Shown here: piece after piece, positions 40,091 through 51,743 of the stretch
Layout of the letters: the number at the start of each line of letters is the position of its first letter
Numbering within the stretch: position 1 is the stretch's first letter
NCBI RefSeq assembly: GCF_964204645.1
Contig: NC_134025.1
Location: 6,076,001 to 6,140,000 of the forward strand
Direction of reading: 5' to 3'
From: Tubulanus polymorphus
Taxonomy: Eukaryota; Animalia; Nemertea
DNA: 64,000 nt
Notes under the pieces: model-generated
Told to the model about the DNA's origin: nothing
The model's database searches: none
Seen by the model: only the letters and a program-made list of their open reading frames with translations
Made by a program: the position numbers and the translations under genes

Positions 40091-43000
40091 TTACACCGGG
40101 TTAAAAGCTGAGCAATTATTCTGTTTGATTGCGTGGGAAAACTGCGCAGAAGCAAAGCTACTGGGTGGTAGAGGACAGAATGTCTGTTTTGGCGTTTCTA
40201 CACTAGACGGCGCTGTATACGGTTTCTGATCGATCGTTGTTTTTGAAGTATTGGCGCCCCCTATTTGATCTCGTTCCCGTCGTTCGCGAGCTCGCCGATT
40301 TTGAAACCAGATTTTCACCTGAAAATGATAACAAGAAAATGGTAAATTGTAAGTTTATTGACGCCTTGAACATTATTTTTGAATATTGACGACAAATAAT
40401 ATGATATATATCATATAATATCAATGATCAATAAAGTTATTATGGATTTGAATATATCAATAATTGAATTGAATTGGTCGGCAACCAGTCCAACCCGATA
40501 TATCGATGACATAGTGCACATCCTCTCAAAACCAATCATTAAACAATCATTCGACATTAAACAATCATTAAAATCATAATAAGATAGGAGTTATGAAAAT
40601 GTATAGAATCACAGAATTAACGCTAAAATTCACTATTGCAATTTTCATTTTTAAACGCCCATATCGATGATGTAGTAGTAGACATCAACTCGCCAAGAAC
40701 AGGTATCAATGTATATAAACGTTATTGTAACGGTTTCTACAGTTTAAAAAAGATTCATAATGCAAAAATAACGAATTGTAACGATCTATTATGCTCGAAT
40801 CATTTTCATAATATTGATCCGACTATAAGTGAACCAGTTGAGTCAGCGCACACATCTTGCGGAAAACCGTTAAAGTTTCACCGGGCTCGATGAGACGAGA
40901 AGATACACAATATCCGTGTAAGAAGATAACAAGAGAAATCCCACAATAAGTTCAGCCAAAACGAGAAACTTGAATAGAAGAGTTATATATATTTGCGCAA
41001 CGTTTCGGCTAAAGACTATTAGCCATCATCAGGCGTACTGAGTATCATCATCAGTACGCCTGATGATGGCTAATAGTCTTTAGCCGAAACGTTGCGCAAA
41101 TATATATAACTCTTCTATTCAAGTTTCTCGTTTTGGCTGAACTTATTGTGGGATTTCTCTTGTTTTGTTCACCGGGCTCAGCTACTTAGTTCAAATCGAT
41201 TTCCCGTGTTGAATGAAATCTATTAAAAACTATTCTTATTCACTGCACGAAAGTAAAAATAAGTGGATATTTTTGACAAAATCGTCGTCGGTATTTCTAC
41301 GCATCGATAAGAATATTAGTGGGTTATTCTTTTCGCATAAATAATGAATTCTGGAATCATCTCGTATCATAACAGTTCCGATGATACTAGACTTCCGCAC
41401 AGGAGTTATATTTAAGAACGAAGATCGCGGTAATTGAACATCAGGAAATCAGATAACGTTGTCGTTCGAAGATACGGAATAACTGAACAAAGGCGAATGA
41501 ATACAGACCGGGATGACGTAATGAAGGACACCATTATTGGTATATTGAAAAACTACTAGCACGTTCGTAATATCCGATTTATATTAATAAACACAATTGG
41601 AAGTAAACATTTACAAAAATAAACGAGAATCTATTTATGTCGATAAGAATTTGTCGCCCATTATATAAGCCGAGACTGTTGGCTAGGAAGATTGGAAAAC
41701 GAGAATGGGTGATTTTTTTAAACCTGACGCGTGCCACCTTGTCGAAATGCTCCGGGTGAAAAACGCTTTGACGAATGAAGTCTATTCAAGCAGTGAAAGA
41801 AGTTACGACCACTTAATTCGCGCTTACCGGATTACCTCCAGGCGCGTGTCTTGTAAAATATGAGAATTAAGTTTCTCGCCGGAAACTCCCCGATATACTG
41901 TTTACTCTCGTGTAAGGACAGATCGAAATAAAGGTTGGAGTAAGGTCTGAATGGGTAGTTAGATTCAAGATAACACATGTTTAGATTGGATTAGAGAAAA
42001 AAAACTCATCGAGTAAACAAAGTAATCATTTCATGCCAAATTGATGCTCCATCTATTTATAGATAAGTAAAAAAACAATCAGGATAATCTAAATAATCGT
42101 ACTCATATAAATGTCTATATTTCACGATTACTTTCTTGTTTTTCTGTGTTCAGAAACATTACCATCGGCAGGGAAAGCAGTATTCACCGAGTTGATGATA
42201 TTATTCAATTAATATGTTTACTTCGTGCGATCCCAGGGGCCCCGGATGAGGAGGGAACGCGATTTAGACACTATTCAAATGCATCTCCTTCCGCAAATAG
42301 TTTAAGATAATATCCCGAGGATTCAGAATACGATTTTCTTTATCTCAAAATTCTAAGAGCAAGAGCAAAGGATGAACCTTATAGAACAAATCACTATACT
42401 GGTATCTTTTTATACTTACTGGTATCAGTAGCTTTCAGGAAGTTTAATTGAAAATCAAGTCGCTAGACAACCAAAATATTCTTAAGCAGAAAAAGGACAA
42501 TCTCATCGGAACATGAGACGTGGGATTGATTTTACTAATCTAATTTCGAAGAGTTCAATCCATCCAATATTAGATATAAAATACTTACTCTGGTTTCTGT
42601 CAGGTCCAACGTGGCTGATAAACTGGCTACATCCATACTACTGAGATATCGAGTTTGGTGAAATTTGTTTTCTAGACTGCTGACTTGATGTTGAGTGAAC
42701 GGTACTCGCGGATTGCGGCCGAGTTTGCGTTTTTTCTGTCCACCGCCATCTTTCTTTTTCTGACCTGATTGACAAAAATGGAGAAAAAAAATCTATTATC
42801 AATGATGCATTAGATAAGAATTAAGGAATTAAGGCACGAACGAGGGAATGAAATATATTGAAACATTCTTCCGTTATTTAAGCCGTGAAGACGGAGAAAC
42901 TGTAAACGACCCGAATCTGCTGATTGATGATCAAGAGATAATTGACTTACAGAATCCACATAATCCACTAGGTTTTCGTGATATTCTGACCTCGTATCAG

Positions 43001-46000
43001 CTATTCGATGATTTTAAGTATCACACATAAGATTTATAGAGAAGGTTTCAAGAAATACTTTACTTGGTAGTACCTTTCTCAGTGAGGTGAAAAAATCTAA
43101 TTTTATCCCCCAATAATCCAAGCATCTATACATTCATTAATTTGATGAATACAACATCATCAATCTGATAAAATGAATTGGAAAATTCTTTCTACAGATG
43201 TTTAAGACACGTAAATTGCTTCTTGGGTTTACGTACCTATATATGACACGATATTTGTAATATATGAAACGCCCATTTTAAAATCGAGGTAACGTTTCGA
43301 TATGATACAAGTATCATTGCTTTGATGAATTAAGATTATCATTATCAAATCAACTACGAGGTACAAGCAAAACACGCCTGGTAAGCTAATTAGTTCATCG
43401 CGAATAGCTATTGTCATTATGTGGGATTCACATAGCAATTCATTTGTTTGCAATTAGTGTCATGAACGCCGTGGTAATTTGGGTTAATAATGAAGTTTTC
43501 ATCAATTTTGACAGACACAATAATTCATGTTTTCCCGTCGCGGTGTCGGATTTCCGTGTTGTTCGGATAGCCGGACTATAATCTGCGCCCGGGACGCCCG
43601 TAGGCCAGTGTTGCCGTCACCCTTGGTTTGGTTAACTCGGTAACAACGCAGCTAGAAACGACAGCGACTCAATCTTGTGGAGCGAATTTTATTTTTCAGA
43701 TAATTTGCAGAGGAGGCACTGTTCTATTGAAGAGGAGTGCTTATGATACGCATATCACGCAGTACTTTTTTAATGAAATAAGTAAAAGCTTTATAGAATT
43801 ACTTTATCAATGTTGTGCGTCAGATTTTGCCAGCTACGTAATCATCAACAGGATGTGCCGACCACAACGACATTGAAACTATATTAGAGTGTTTCATCAA
43901 ACACGTTCGCTAATATACTCAAAAATACAATTAATTAGCTTCCAATTTGAGAGTTACTGCGCTTGAGAAACGTGATATCAATTCACTAATTCGTCATTGT
44001 TTGAAAGCATTTCGGCTTCAGTTTATATAAGAGACGCGACGTGTCCGCGTCAAGCAAAGCTATTAAAATCTATGATTTCAAAGTGAAACGCATTAATACA
44101 ATCACGTCCGTCCATTAATACGATTCGATTATGGGCGCGCGCGTGTTTTGTGACCAAACACCTGCTTATGGGAGTCATGTTCAAATTAAACAAATTGATT
44201 CTTATCACTGCCAGTGTGATGGGCATAATAATTTGATAAAAGTCGATGATAAAATCGTCGTCGATTGGCTCATGAAAACCGAAATATGTGCACGATTGAG
44301 AAAATGCGATTGTCGTATCAATAAAATGGCGTTTATGAGGTGAAACTACACAAAAATGATATTGGAATTAGCGCCAAGAAATACATTGATAGCAACGTTT
44401 CACTGAACATGAATGAAATTGCATTTGAATTAAGGTTTGAACAGGAATCGAATTTCCCAACTATATACTTCGATTTAAACAAAAAATTCTGTAAATGCCC
44501 ATCACGCAAATATGTACATTTCCGTTTTCAAAATCAAACCCCCGTTTCGATCCCGGCTGGTGTGCTGGGTTTGTAAGAGACACCAAATATAAAGAAAATA
44601 ATCAAACGAAATCTACCAATCAAACAAATAACAGCGTCAGTCCCTATATTCTAAGATCAAAACAACTTTTCGAATCTAAATTTTTCTTCTGCATGGTTTT
44701 GTTTTGTTTTGATTGATTAAGTTTGATTCTGCGACCTAGTTTAACCAATTTCTAGTTCAGGGCAGCTTTCATTTAGTTGAAGACAAGTTCGTTTGTCGGC
44801 AAAAATCCTTCTCAACTCGAGGAGTAATAACGAACCATCTGGTCCAGCTGAGATTCAACGATAAGTACTCATAACTAAGTATTGTGTAAAAACTGCCTCT
44901 GGGTTCGAAATGTGGACAGATTTCGCGAGGGTGTTTACCCCGAAGACAGCCGTCTCAGTCCACGTGTCCCACAACTAGGGGCCTGTTGATCCCCGTCAGA
45001 GGACCTGCTGTATTCACGCTGTGGCAGAAACTACCTTTGTCACAAATCCAGATAAATTAAAAGCTAAGTAATTGATAATTATCAACGGTGATTCGAATTG
45101 TGGCGACATATGTTGTCGAAACTGAAGTCAGACTCCAGAAACCAAATCGGAAGTCAGTTTGTTGCCCGGATGAACGAATAGATCGAGACCAAGAAGATCA
45201 ATGTCGCACCAGGGGGCGCGTTTTATTCAATCAAGGCTACTTAAGATTATGGTGGGTTTTTTGAAATTGAGCGACCGCACTGATCAATAGAAAAAAAGAA
45301 ATTTTAATCACGAAATGAAGGGTCCGCTCACTGTTACGCCTTCTAATTACACAAAATCAATTCTTGCGCGAAAGTTAAGGAGAAATTAATCCTTCAATCA
45401 ATTTAGAATGATCTTGCTGCGAATAGATTTGAATAGCAAGCGTAGACCTTTGGAGCATTAAGACATTTGCAATCACGTTCAATGGTTTTTTTGAAATACG
45501 ATTTGATCTTATTTTATTACTATGTCATTCTTTTGAAAACTACATTAACCAACAAAACTGAAAAGGTTACCGAGATGTTTGTGGTTTTGGTGCTAGTTGA
45601 ACAGGCGTAACTTGGAATCTAAGGGCAGCTATCAGAGGAACTTTGGTGGCCTTAAAACGAATCGAATTGAAACTGGGCTGGAATCCTTTAGCCTTCCATT
45701 CACTAGTGATGCAACTCGCCCCCAAATAAGAATAAGCCTGGTCTCGAAAAGTATGTGTCTGTTAAGGCCGGTCAGTCAGACTAAATTTGATACTGCATGG
45801 AATCCGATCTGCATCTGGCTATTAATAGATTCGGTAAAACTTTGTTTCCATGATCGCATCTTCACATATTGTCCACTTGCACCTGTGGTGACCATGACTC
45901 GTGAACTATCAACTCGTATTTGATTTCAAAGCGGACAAATTTCCGTTTAATTGTCTATAATTATGAAAATGTTTGCGCAGATTCGACAAACAAGTTGATA

Positions 46001-47059
46001 CAAGGAAGGAGCCGATGTGGTTTCGAGCCGCAACAGTGTAATTACCAACCGAAATAAAACCATCCCGCATACGGACACCTCCCACCAGTAAATTGGTAAT
46101 TATAGCCCATAATGGCCGGAACGGCGCTGTCCTACGGGAGCTTCGGGGCAGGGCAGTTCGCGACTGTTTGGAGTTTGACATCCCGACAGCGATAATGCTT
46201 AACCGTTGGCAATATGAAAGCTGACCAGCAGCCGCGATGTTAACCGCGATATTGGCGAAAGATCTGAAGTCACGTCACGGACTTCGCCCTAAATGGCTTT
46301 TAGTCATAGCATTTGTTTGAATTACTAAGATAATGCAACAAATACCCGTATAATTATCTAATCTATAAATCATAGAAATATTGAAATAAAATACCAATAC
46401 TTCGACTCCCGATAGAGTTTAGTAGTTCCATTTAAAATGTGATAATCGAAAAGACTCGTTTAAACTATCGTAAGTTTTAAGTAGGAAATGATACATAACA
46501 GTTATCTAATAAAATTAGAAAAAAAATACATACGTTGAAGTTTTGGTGGTTTGTATCTAGTGCAGTTTAACCAGGAGTAATACACATCTTGACCGTCTAA
46601 ATTTTGTTCAACCAAACGCTTGACATCAATTTCTTCAGCATTATCAAACTCGTCAATTTCATCGTCATTTTTCGCATTGTCCTTTTGCTCGCATCCTGAT
46701 ACGTTGTTACTATAATTCGACTGTTCCGATGAATAGTTTCGCTCCGGCCTCAAAATGTCCTCGATATTGAAACCCATTTTACCGCGGTGACAGTTCGTTT
46801 TTTGACTGTTGGAAACTCTTCGGTAATTCATAGAACCGCTGTTGTTTTGCCGAATTATCTGCTGATGACTAGTTTGATCTGCCGAAAATTCTTTAGAAAA
46901 TTGTCCTGTCAGGTAATTCCTGCTATACGGCCAAAGCAAAGGGCTACATGCCTGTTGTTGCCCGTCTATCGTAGATAGTTGAGCCGCGTACATATAATAA
47001 TAGCTGGGGTACCAGATAGAAGGCAGTTGAGGAACTCTGTATTCCATTCTTTCAGCCAT
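40091..47059 (-). CDS. Msxlx: Msxlx (Msx-like ANTP/NKL-class) homeobox protein, 3 coding exons: 47059-46534, 42764-42589, 40318-40091, 309 aa
   Basis: eh1-like GFNIEDIL, family motif WLNCTRYKPPKLQR before the homeodomain, homeodomain GRNPRVPFTQHQVSSLENKFHQTRYLSSMDVASLSATLDLTETR|VKIWFQNRRARERRE. Introns C|GTATGT...CAG (phase 1) and AGA|GTAAGT...TTTTCAG (phase 0, in helix 3) join in frame. The middle exon is not in the ORF track. Confidence 0.9.
40996..41035 (-). ncRNA. Minimal type I hammerhead ribozyme motif (identical mirror copy, sense to the Msxlx pre-mRNA)
   Basis: Exact reverse complement of 41057-41096 within the left arm of the palindrome. Confidence 0.7.
41057..41096 (+). ncRNA. Minimal type I hammerhead ribozyme motif
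   Basis: CGC-CTGATGA-T-GGCTAA(TAGTCT)TTAGCC-GAAA-CGTT-GCG: core CUGAUGA 41060-41066, 6-bp stem II, GAAA 41086-41089, palindromic AACGTT in place of stem III, short stem I CGC/GCG. Confidence 0.7.
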
Positions 47060-47115
47060 CCCGTCACGTCTCCTTGATAATTAACTTATAAAACCCACAA
47101 GCAAAGTGATGCTGA

Positions 47116-47248
47116 ATTTATACGGGGCCAAACTGTGACATCACGCTCCTCCTCATTTCTAATTAATTCATAAAATATTGGCAGAAATAGTCAGTTTGCG
47201 CATGTGTGCTAGCGTTTGCCTGCTGGTGGTTTGAACACGCGCATGCGC
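47116..47248 (-). promoter_or_regulatory. Msxlx proximal promoter candidate (TATA box, CRE-like site, NRF1 site)
   Basis: Minus-strand TATAAA near 47116-47121, TGACATCA at ~47136-47143 and GCGCATGCGC at 47239-47248. Confidence 0.45.
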
Positions 47249-49422
47249 CAGGACAACCATTTACAGTCTTGATGAAGGGCGCACCTGAGACAGCGGAAAC
47301 CCCACTGTGTATTCCAATGTCAGCTATTATGATACAGACAACAGAAGAGCAGTTTAATTAAGGAAATTCAACTATTAAAGCTCAGTTAACTAATCATTTT
47401 CTTTTGAGGATAACATCACACATAGATCTAGTAGCGAGGATTTATCATCATGTTCACTGAGCTGAATTAGTAACGGTGGGGGAGAGAGTGGGAGTACGTA
47501 CTGCATTAATCGATGTCCGTCCCCTTTTCATCCTTCATAGTTTTATGTTCATGGAACAATCTGTTTGTTAAATCTAGTTAATGAAGAACTCAAAGACTTG
47601 GAAAATCGTTTAAAAACGACTACCCAAAATTTGTTTCAATGCTTATACCTTTAGCTTTGTAGTGAAACAGATAACCTCGTCTATACTAGGTTTCTTAGAC
47701 TCACTTCTGACTGAACCTGCTGGTTCAGCAGATCGTGGAATAAAATTTGTATGAGAGCAGATTTTGAAAACGTAATTTGCTAAACAAAAACAAGTCACGA
47801 AAGAGGCCTTCACTGGCAATTCCGATTTGATTTGAAACCAAATGCGAGTAGTGTAATTGAAAGAACATTTTTTTTTATTTCAGGAGAATATAACAAATGA
47901 TTTGAAAACATCATCCAAGCATGTATACAAACTTTCTCGTCCCCCCTGGAAGTAGCTTTTGATTAATATAGGCTTTTTTGAAAATTTAAAAACCGATAAT
48001 CAAACACCACATATTGCTAATCAGAAAAAACAACTTTTAGTTAACATTAGAAAGAAACTGCTCAATTAAGAAACTCCTTGCGCAACTTGTTAATAATCAT
48101 TGCCCGCTGCAATTATTAGCCGTCATATTTCGGAACTCAAATTACACGCAATTTAACACTGCGCAGTCGTGTGTCAATCGTCGTTCCATGTCATCTGATC
48201 CGCGTTTTCCTGCCACCCCAAGGGCTACTGTAAATAAGAAATTTGGGATAAAACGATGAGCAAGATTAGCTTAACTATGGTGATATTGAAACTGGCGGCT
48301 GCTGTCCACAGGCGCAAAGCATCAATTATAATTGTTTAAACGGATAGAACATATATATTCAAGAAATTGCTTGTTATCAAAGAAGGCATTCATTATATTT
48401 GTCGGATCCTCAGGCGGTGAAAACAAACAGTCTTAGTCCGAATTTCTTTTTTAAAGTAAATCAGTGTCATGCGGCACGTGTGTCGATGCGGCATTCATTC
48501 CACCTGGGTTGATGTTTTCAAATATCTTTGACCAAAAATGATTGATATAGAAAAAAAGTTGAGTTGATAATCGGTTGGTCATCAACTATAAATTGAGGAG
48601 TAAATTCAGGTCGGCATAGCATAAATAACTGCATTTAATTTGGTGGTTATCTGTAGAATCTTTTTTGATCCTCGGTAATTTTTCGCTTGGCTTTTTGTTC
48701 AAACCCGAATCCTGAAATCCGATAACTCTCCCCAAATACATATCTAAAATGAAAACAACAATATAAAGGTGCTATTAGATAACTTTTTATTATATGAAAA
48801 GATGCGGAATTTTCTATTTGTAAATTATCAATGATATTTTAATATCCATTAAGCATCTCAGAAGTAAGAGAAAACATAAGAACTATATAATATATGATAT
48901 AATGAAAAAATGTTTTAAGTTTCGAAAGGTTAAACAGTTAACAAAATATCAGTGCCTAAACATGTGCGCGATAGTGCGCGCGGTTTTTCGGTATAAATTC
49001 ACCCCGATGATAATCATTTATTTGTATAGATTGATTTCATCAGAGAAACGTTTTTACAGCAATTCTTCTCCCAGAAAATAACCTCTATATAGCAAGCGCT
49101 AGCAGATCATCACTGAATGATATGCCCCCTCCCCCCTTTGTTGAAATATCAAACACCAACGGAATTGGTTTATGGAAGATTTATCGAGAAAAATACATGA
49201 TATATAAATGCATAGCAAAAGATTACGATGTGTAAGCGTTAGGCATAGAGCAAACATTTCAGTACAAAATGAATGAGTTGGTTGAACCAAATGTATATAG
49301 ATTCGGTTTATGTACGAATAGAGATAAATTTATTGACATATGGAGTTCACCATATATCTTCGGTAGCAACCAGATCTACTGCGCAGTAACGGTCGTTTCT
49401 TTCAAAAGAAACATTTCATTAC

Positions 49423-50124
49423 TTAGAATGCTCGGTTACTTCTGCGGGCGCAGCAAGTCGCTTTGCAACAGAAAGCCGACTGCACGATCGAAGTGATGAA
49501 CTCGGTGAGAAACAGGAGCGTATCGATCACCAAAAGGACCGTGATCAATTGGTGTCGATCGCAGGTTATGTACCGCATATTCTCAACTACACTGTTGATG
49601 ATGGTGGCCGTAGATTTTTCAATTTCGCCGTTGACATCTATATCCTCCATTTCGCTGAACTTCTTGCAAAGGACATCGTGAAAAGTGCCAATAGACACGG
49701 CAAACGAGGCTGCAATCAGCAGAGACACGAACGAACTTATGGAAGAGATGATGCTGAACACCATGCTCGTGACAATGAAGCCCTTGCCCTGGACCTTTCT
49801 CTTTGCAGCAGCAACGGCAAACGCTCCAGCCAAGATGAACCACAAAGGACACCAGAAATTGTAGAAGTAGTAGTTGATCATGCTCATGCTGATTTCGAGG
49901 ATGCCAATAAACAGCGAAATGACACCGATAGCTATCTGGACAGCACCACAGCCGTGTAATCCCGAATTGACAGCTGGAGACCTTGTTTGCGCGGATAGGA
50001 CAGGCGGTTGGTACCCCGCAGTATAGACGGTCATAGGAGGAACCGGATAAGAAGGTGGTGGCTGCGTCCATGCTGGTGGCACTTCAGCGTGCACTAAATC
50101 AACTTTGTCTCCATCAGATGCCAT
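49423..50124 (-). CDS. MS4A/CD20-like four-transmembrane protein, 233 aa, single coding exon
   Basis: Pro-rich N-terminus (PPPSY), four hydrophobic segments with MS4A-type motifs GAVQIAIG, FWCPLWFILAG, SMVFSIISS and EFITSIVQSAFCCKATC. An acceptor (TTTCTATCAG) just upstream of 50142 and a donor (AAG|GTGAGT) at 50598/50597 suggest a 5' UTR intron. Confidence 0.85.
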   Translation of the reverse strand: MASDGDKVDLVHAEVPPAWTQPPPSYPVPPMTVYTAGYQPPVLSAQTRSPAVNSGLHGCGAVQIAIGVISLFIGILEISMSMINYYFYNFWCPLWFILAGAFAVAAAKRKVQGKGFIVTSMVFSIISSISSFVSLLIAASFAVSIGTFHDVLCKKFSEMEDIDVNGEIEKSTATIINSVVENMRYITCDRHQLITVLLVIDTLLFLTEFITSIVQSAFCCKATCCARRSNRAF

Positions 50125-50959
50125 TGTAGTAGTAGTATTAACCTGATAGAAATAAATGATAACGCATGAGTCAGTCAGGGTGACCTACTACCAACGAGTT
50201 ATTTTGTTGTGGTATGCACATTGTAGGCCACGCCATCTTATTAACCAATTTCCTTCTTCCCCACCAATCCTATACGTGATTATTATATATACTGGTTTAT
50301 CTATTAAATTCTTTGGGCAATTGTAATTTTCACTTTTTGCCTAAGTGCGTATAAAATGGCCTTCTTATATTCAGAATAGCAGCAATTTTCTTTTGACATG
50401 AAACATATTTACATATAATTATGGGTGTTTTACGTATACAAAATGGCAAGGTTCACACAAAATGGTCCATTCAAATACTGTAATTTCATCATCTAGTCTG
50501 AATTTACTAGAAAATCAATCACCGAATGAAACTGTGTTTTGATACAGCTTCGAGAGAAGGTTACGTAATGATACATTTATACACAACTAAAACTCACCTT
50601 GTCTCCGTTTAGCGTTTTTCGAGACGTCAGACGTTTAGACAGACGTTGTTGGCGAGCTGGTTGGTATACTGCGTTGTTGCATGTAAGGTATGGTGAAAAT
50701 ACCAAATCAATGGGGCGCTGTATAACGCCAGCTTAGCTATTGCGCACAGCTTGTAAAGCCTCCGATATGCGCACACTACTCTTGATCGAGTCTAGTATAT
50801 CTATTCAATCGTCACTTCTTTTTATTTTCTGTATGAGAGAGCTCGTTTATCGTGTAGTGTCTTTTATTCGGTTTACAAGAATCATTCAAATAGACCTATA
50901 TGCCTTGAATTTATAAAGTAATAAGTATAATCTAAAGGGATAATTATCTGCTAGTAAAT

Positions 50960-51259
50960 CAGGGCCCGAGAACTGAGGGAACCGAGAGGGGTTGTGGGGC
51001 TGCAGGGACTGATGTCCTCCCCTTTTTTCCTGATCGACGTCCTAAAATTCATTATGGTCTATTTGATCTGTTTGACCGTCAGAGTTTCGATCAATTCTCA
51101 ATGCCACTAATCTGATGTCTCAGAATGCACCAAATTATGTCTTGAAAATAGAAATTTCTCCCCGACCCCCGCATTTGGTCCCACGATTTTCGAACGCCTC
51201 GTGCTTGGGGGACTCGGTCTTAAAACCCCCACACCTCGAAATTGCGTCCGTAGGCCCTG
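50960..51259. mobile_element. About 300-bp MITE with CAGGGCC...GGCCCTG termini
   Basis: Terminal inverted CAGGGCC/GGCCCTG, G-rich left and C-rich right subterminal regions, and an internal TCAGAATGCACCAAATT...AAATTTCTCCCCGACCCCC similar to the 21.8-kb element. No clean TSD. Confidence 0.55.
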
Positions 51260-51743
51260 TAAGTATCGGAAGAAAATCGGTCGCTTAAGGAGAAAATTTG
51301 TTTAATTCAAAAGATGAAGGAAAATGATATTTCTTAGAGTTAGTTATTAGAAGGATCTAAATAATTGGAACAAGTATTTTCATGCATTTAAAATAATAGG
51401 CTCGTAGCGTGAGGAACATGCGCATGGTTTCGTTTTTATATTGCTCGGAACGTATTGGGGCCTGGGCATCTGGGGCCCTTTCCCACAAAAATGTGAAAAT
51501 TCCATTAAACTTCCTCAGTATATTCCTTGTTAAGATAAAAGTGAGCACTCAACACTTCGGGCCTGATTTTTAAAACCACAGCTAATTCATAAGTATACAG
51601 TTTATTTCAACCTTAAAACAACTTTTTCACATAATTTATGTTAAATACATAACACATAAAGCAATTTCATGCGTTTATCACAGTATACTAAAATAAGGTA
51701 TACGCCGTAGTCTAGATCGAGTTGAAAATAATCAAAGGCAGTG

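Larger units (their letters stand above)
40889..41167. mobile_element. Palindromic non-autonomous Penelope-like (hammerhead-bearing) insertion in Msxlx intron 2
   Basis: Perfect inverted repeat 40928-41041 / 41051-41164 (114-bp arms, 9-nt spacer GTATCATCA), bracketed by the direct repeat TTCACCGGGCTC at 40877-40888 and 41168-41179. Each arm contains a hammerhead core. Confidence 0.75.

Noticed and set aside
40928-41164. Reading the long inverted repeat as a miRNA precursor, terminator or ordinary TIR MITE
   Set aside because: The arms are perfect and much longer than a pre-miRNA, the flanking direct repeat is offset asymmetrically from the arm ends, and the internal hammerhead cores point to a retroelement origin.
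49463-50071. Alternative-frame and antisense ORFs over the MS4A gene (likewise 56170-56595 and 59047-59271)
   Set aside because: Shadow ORFs of real coding sequence with no independent support.
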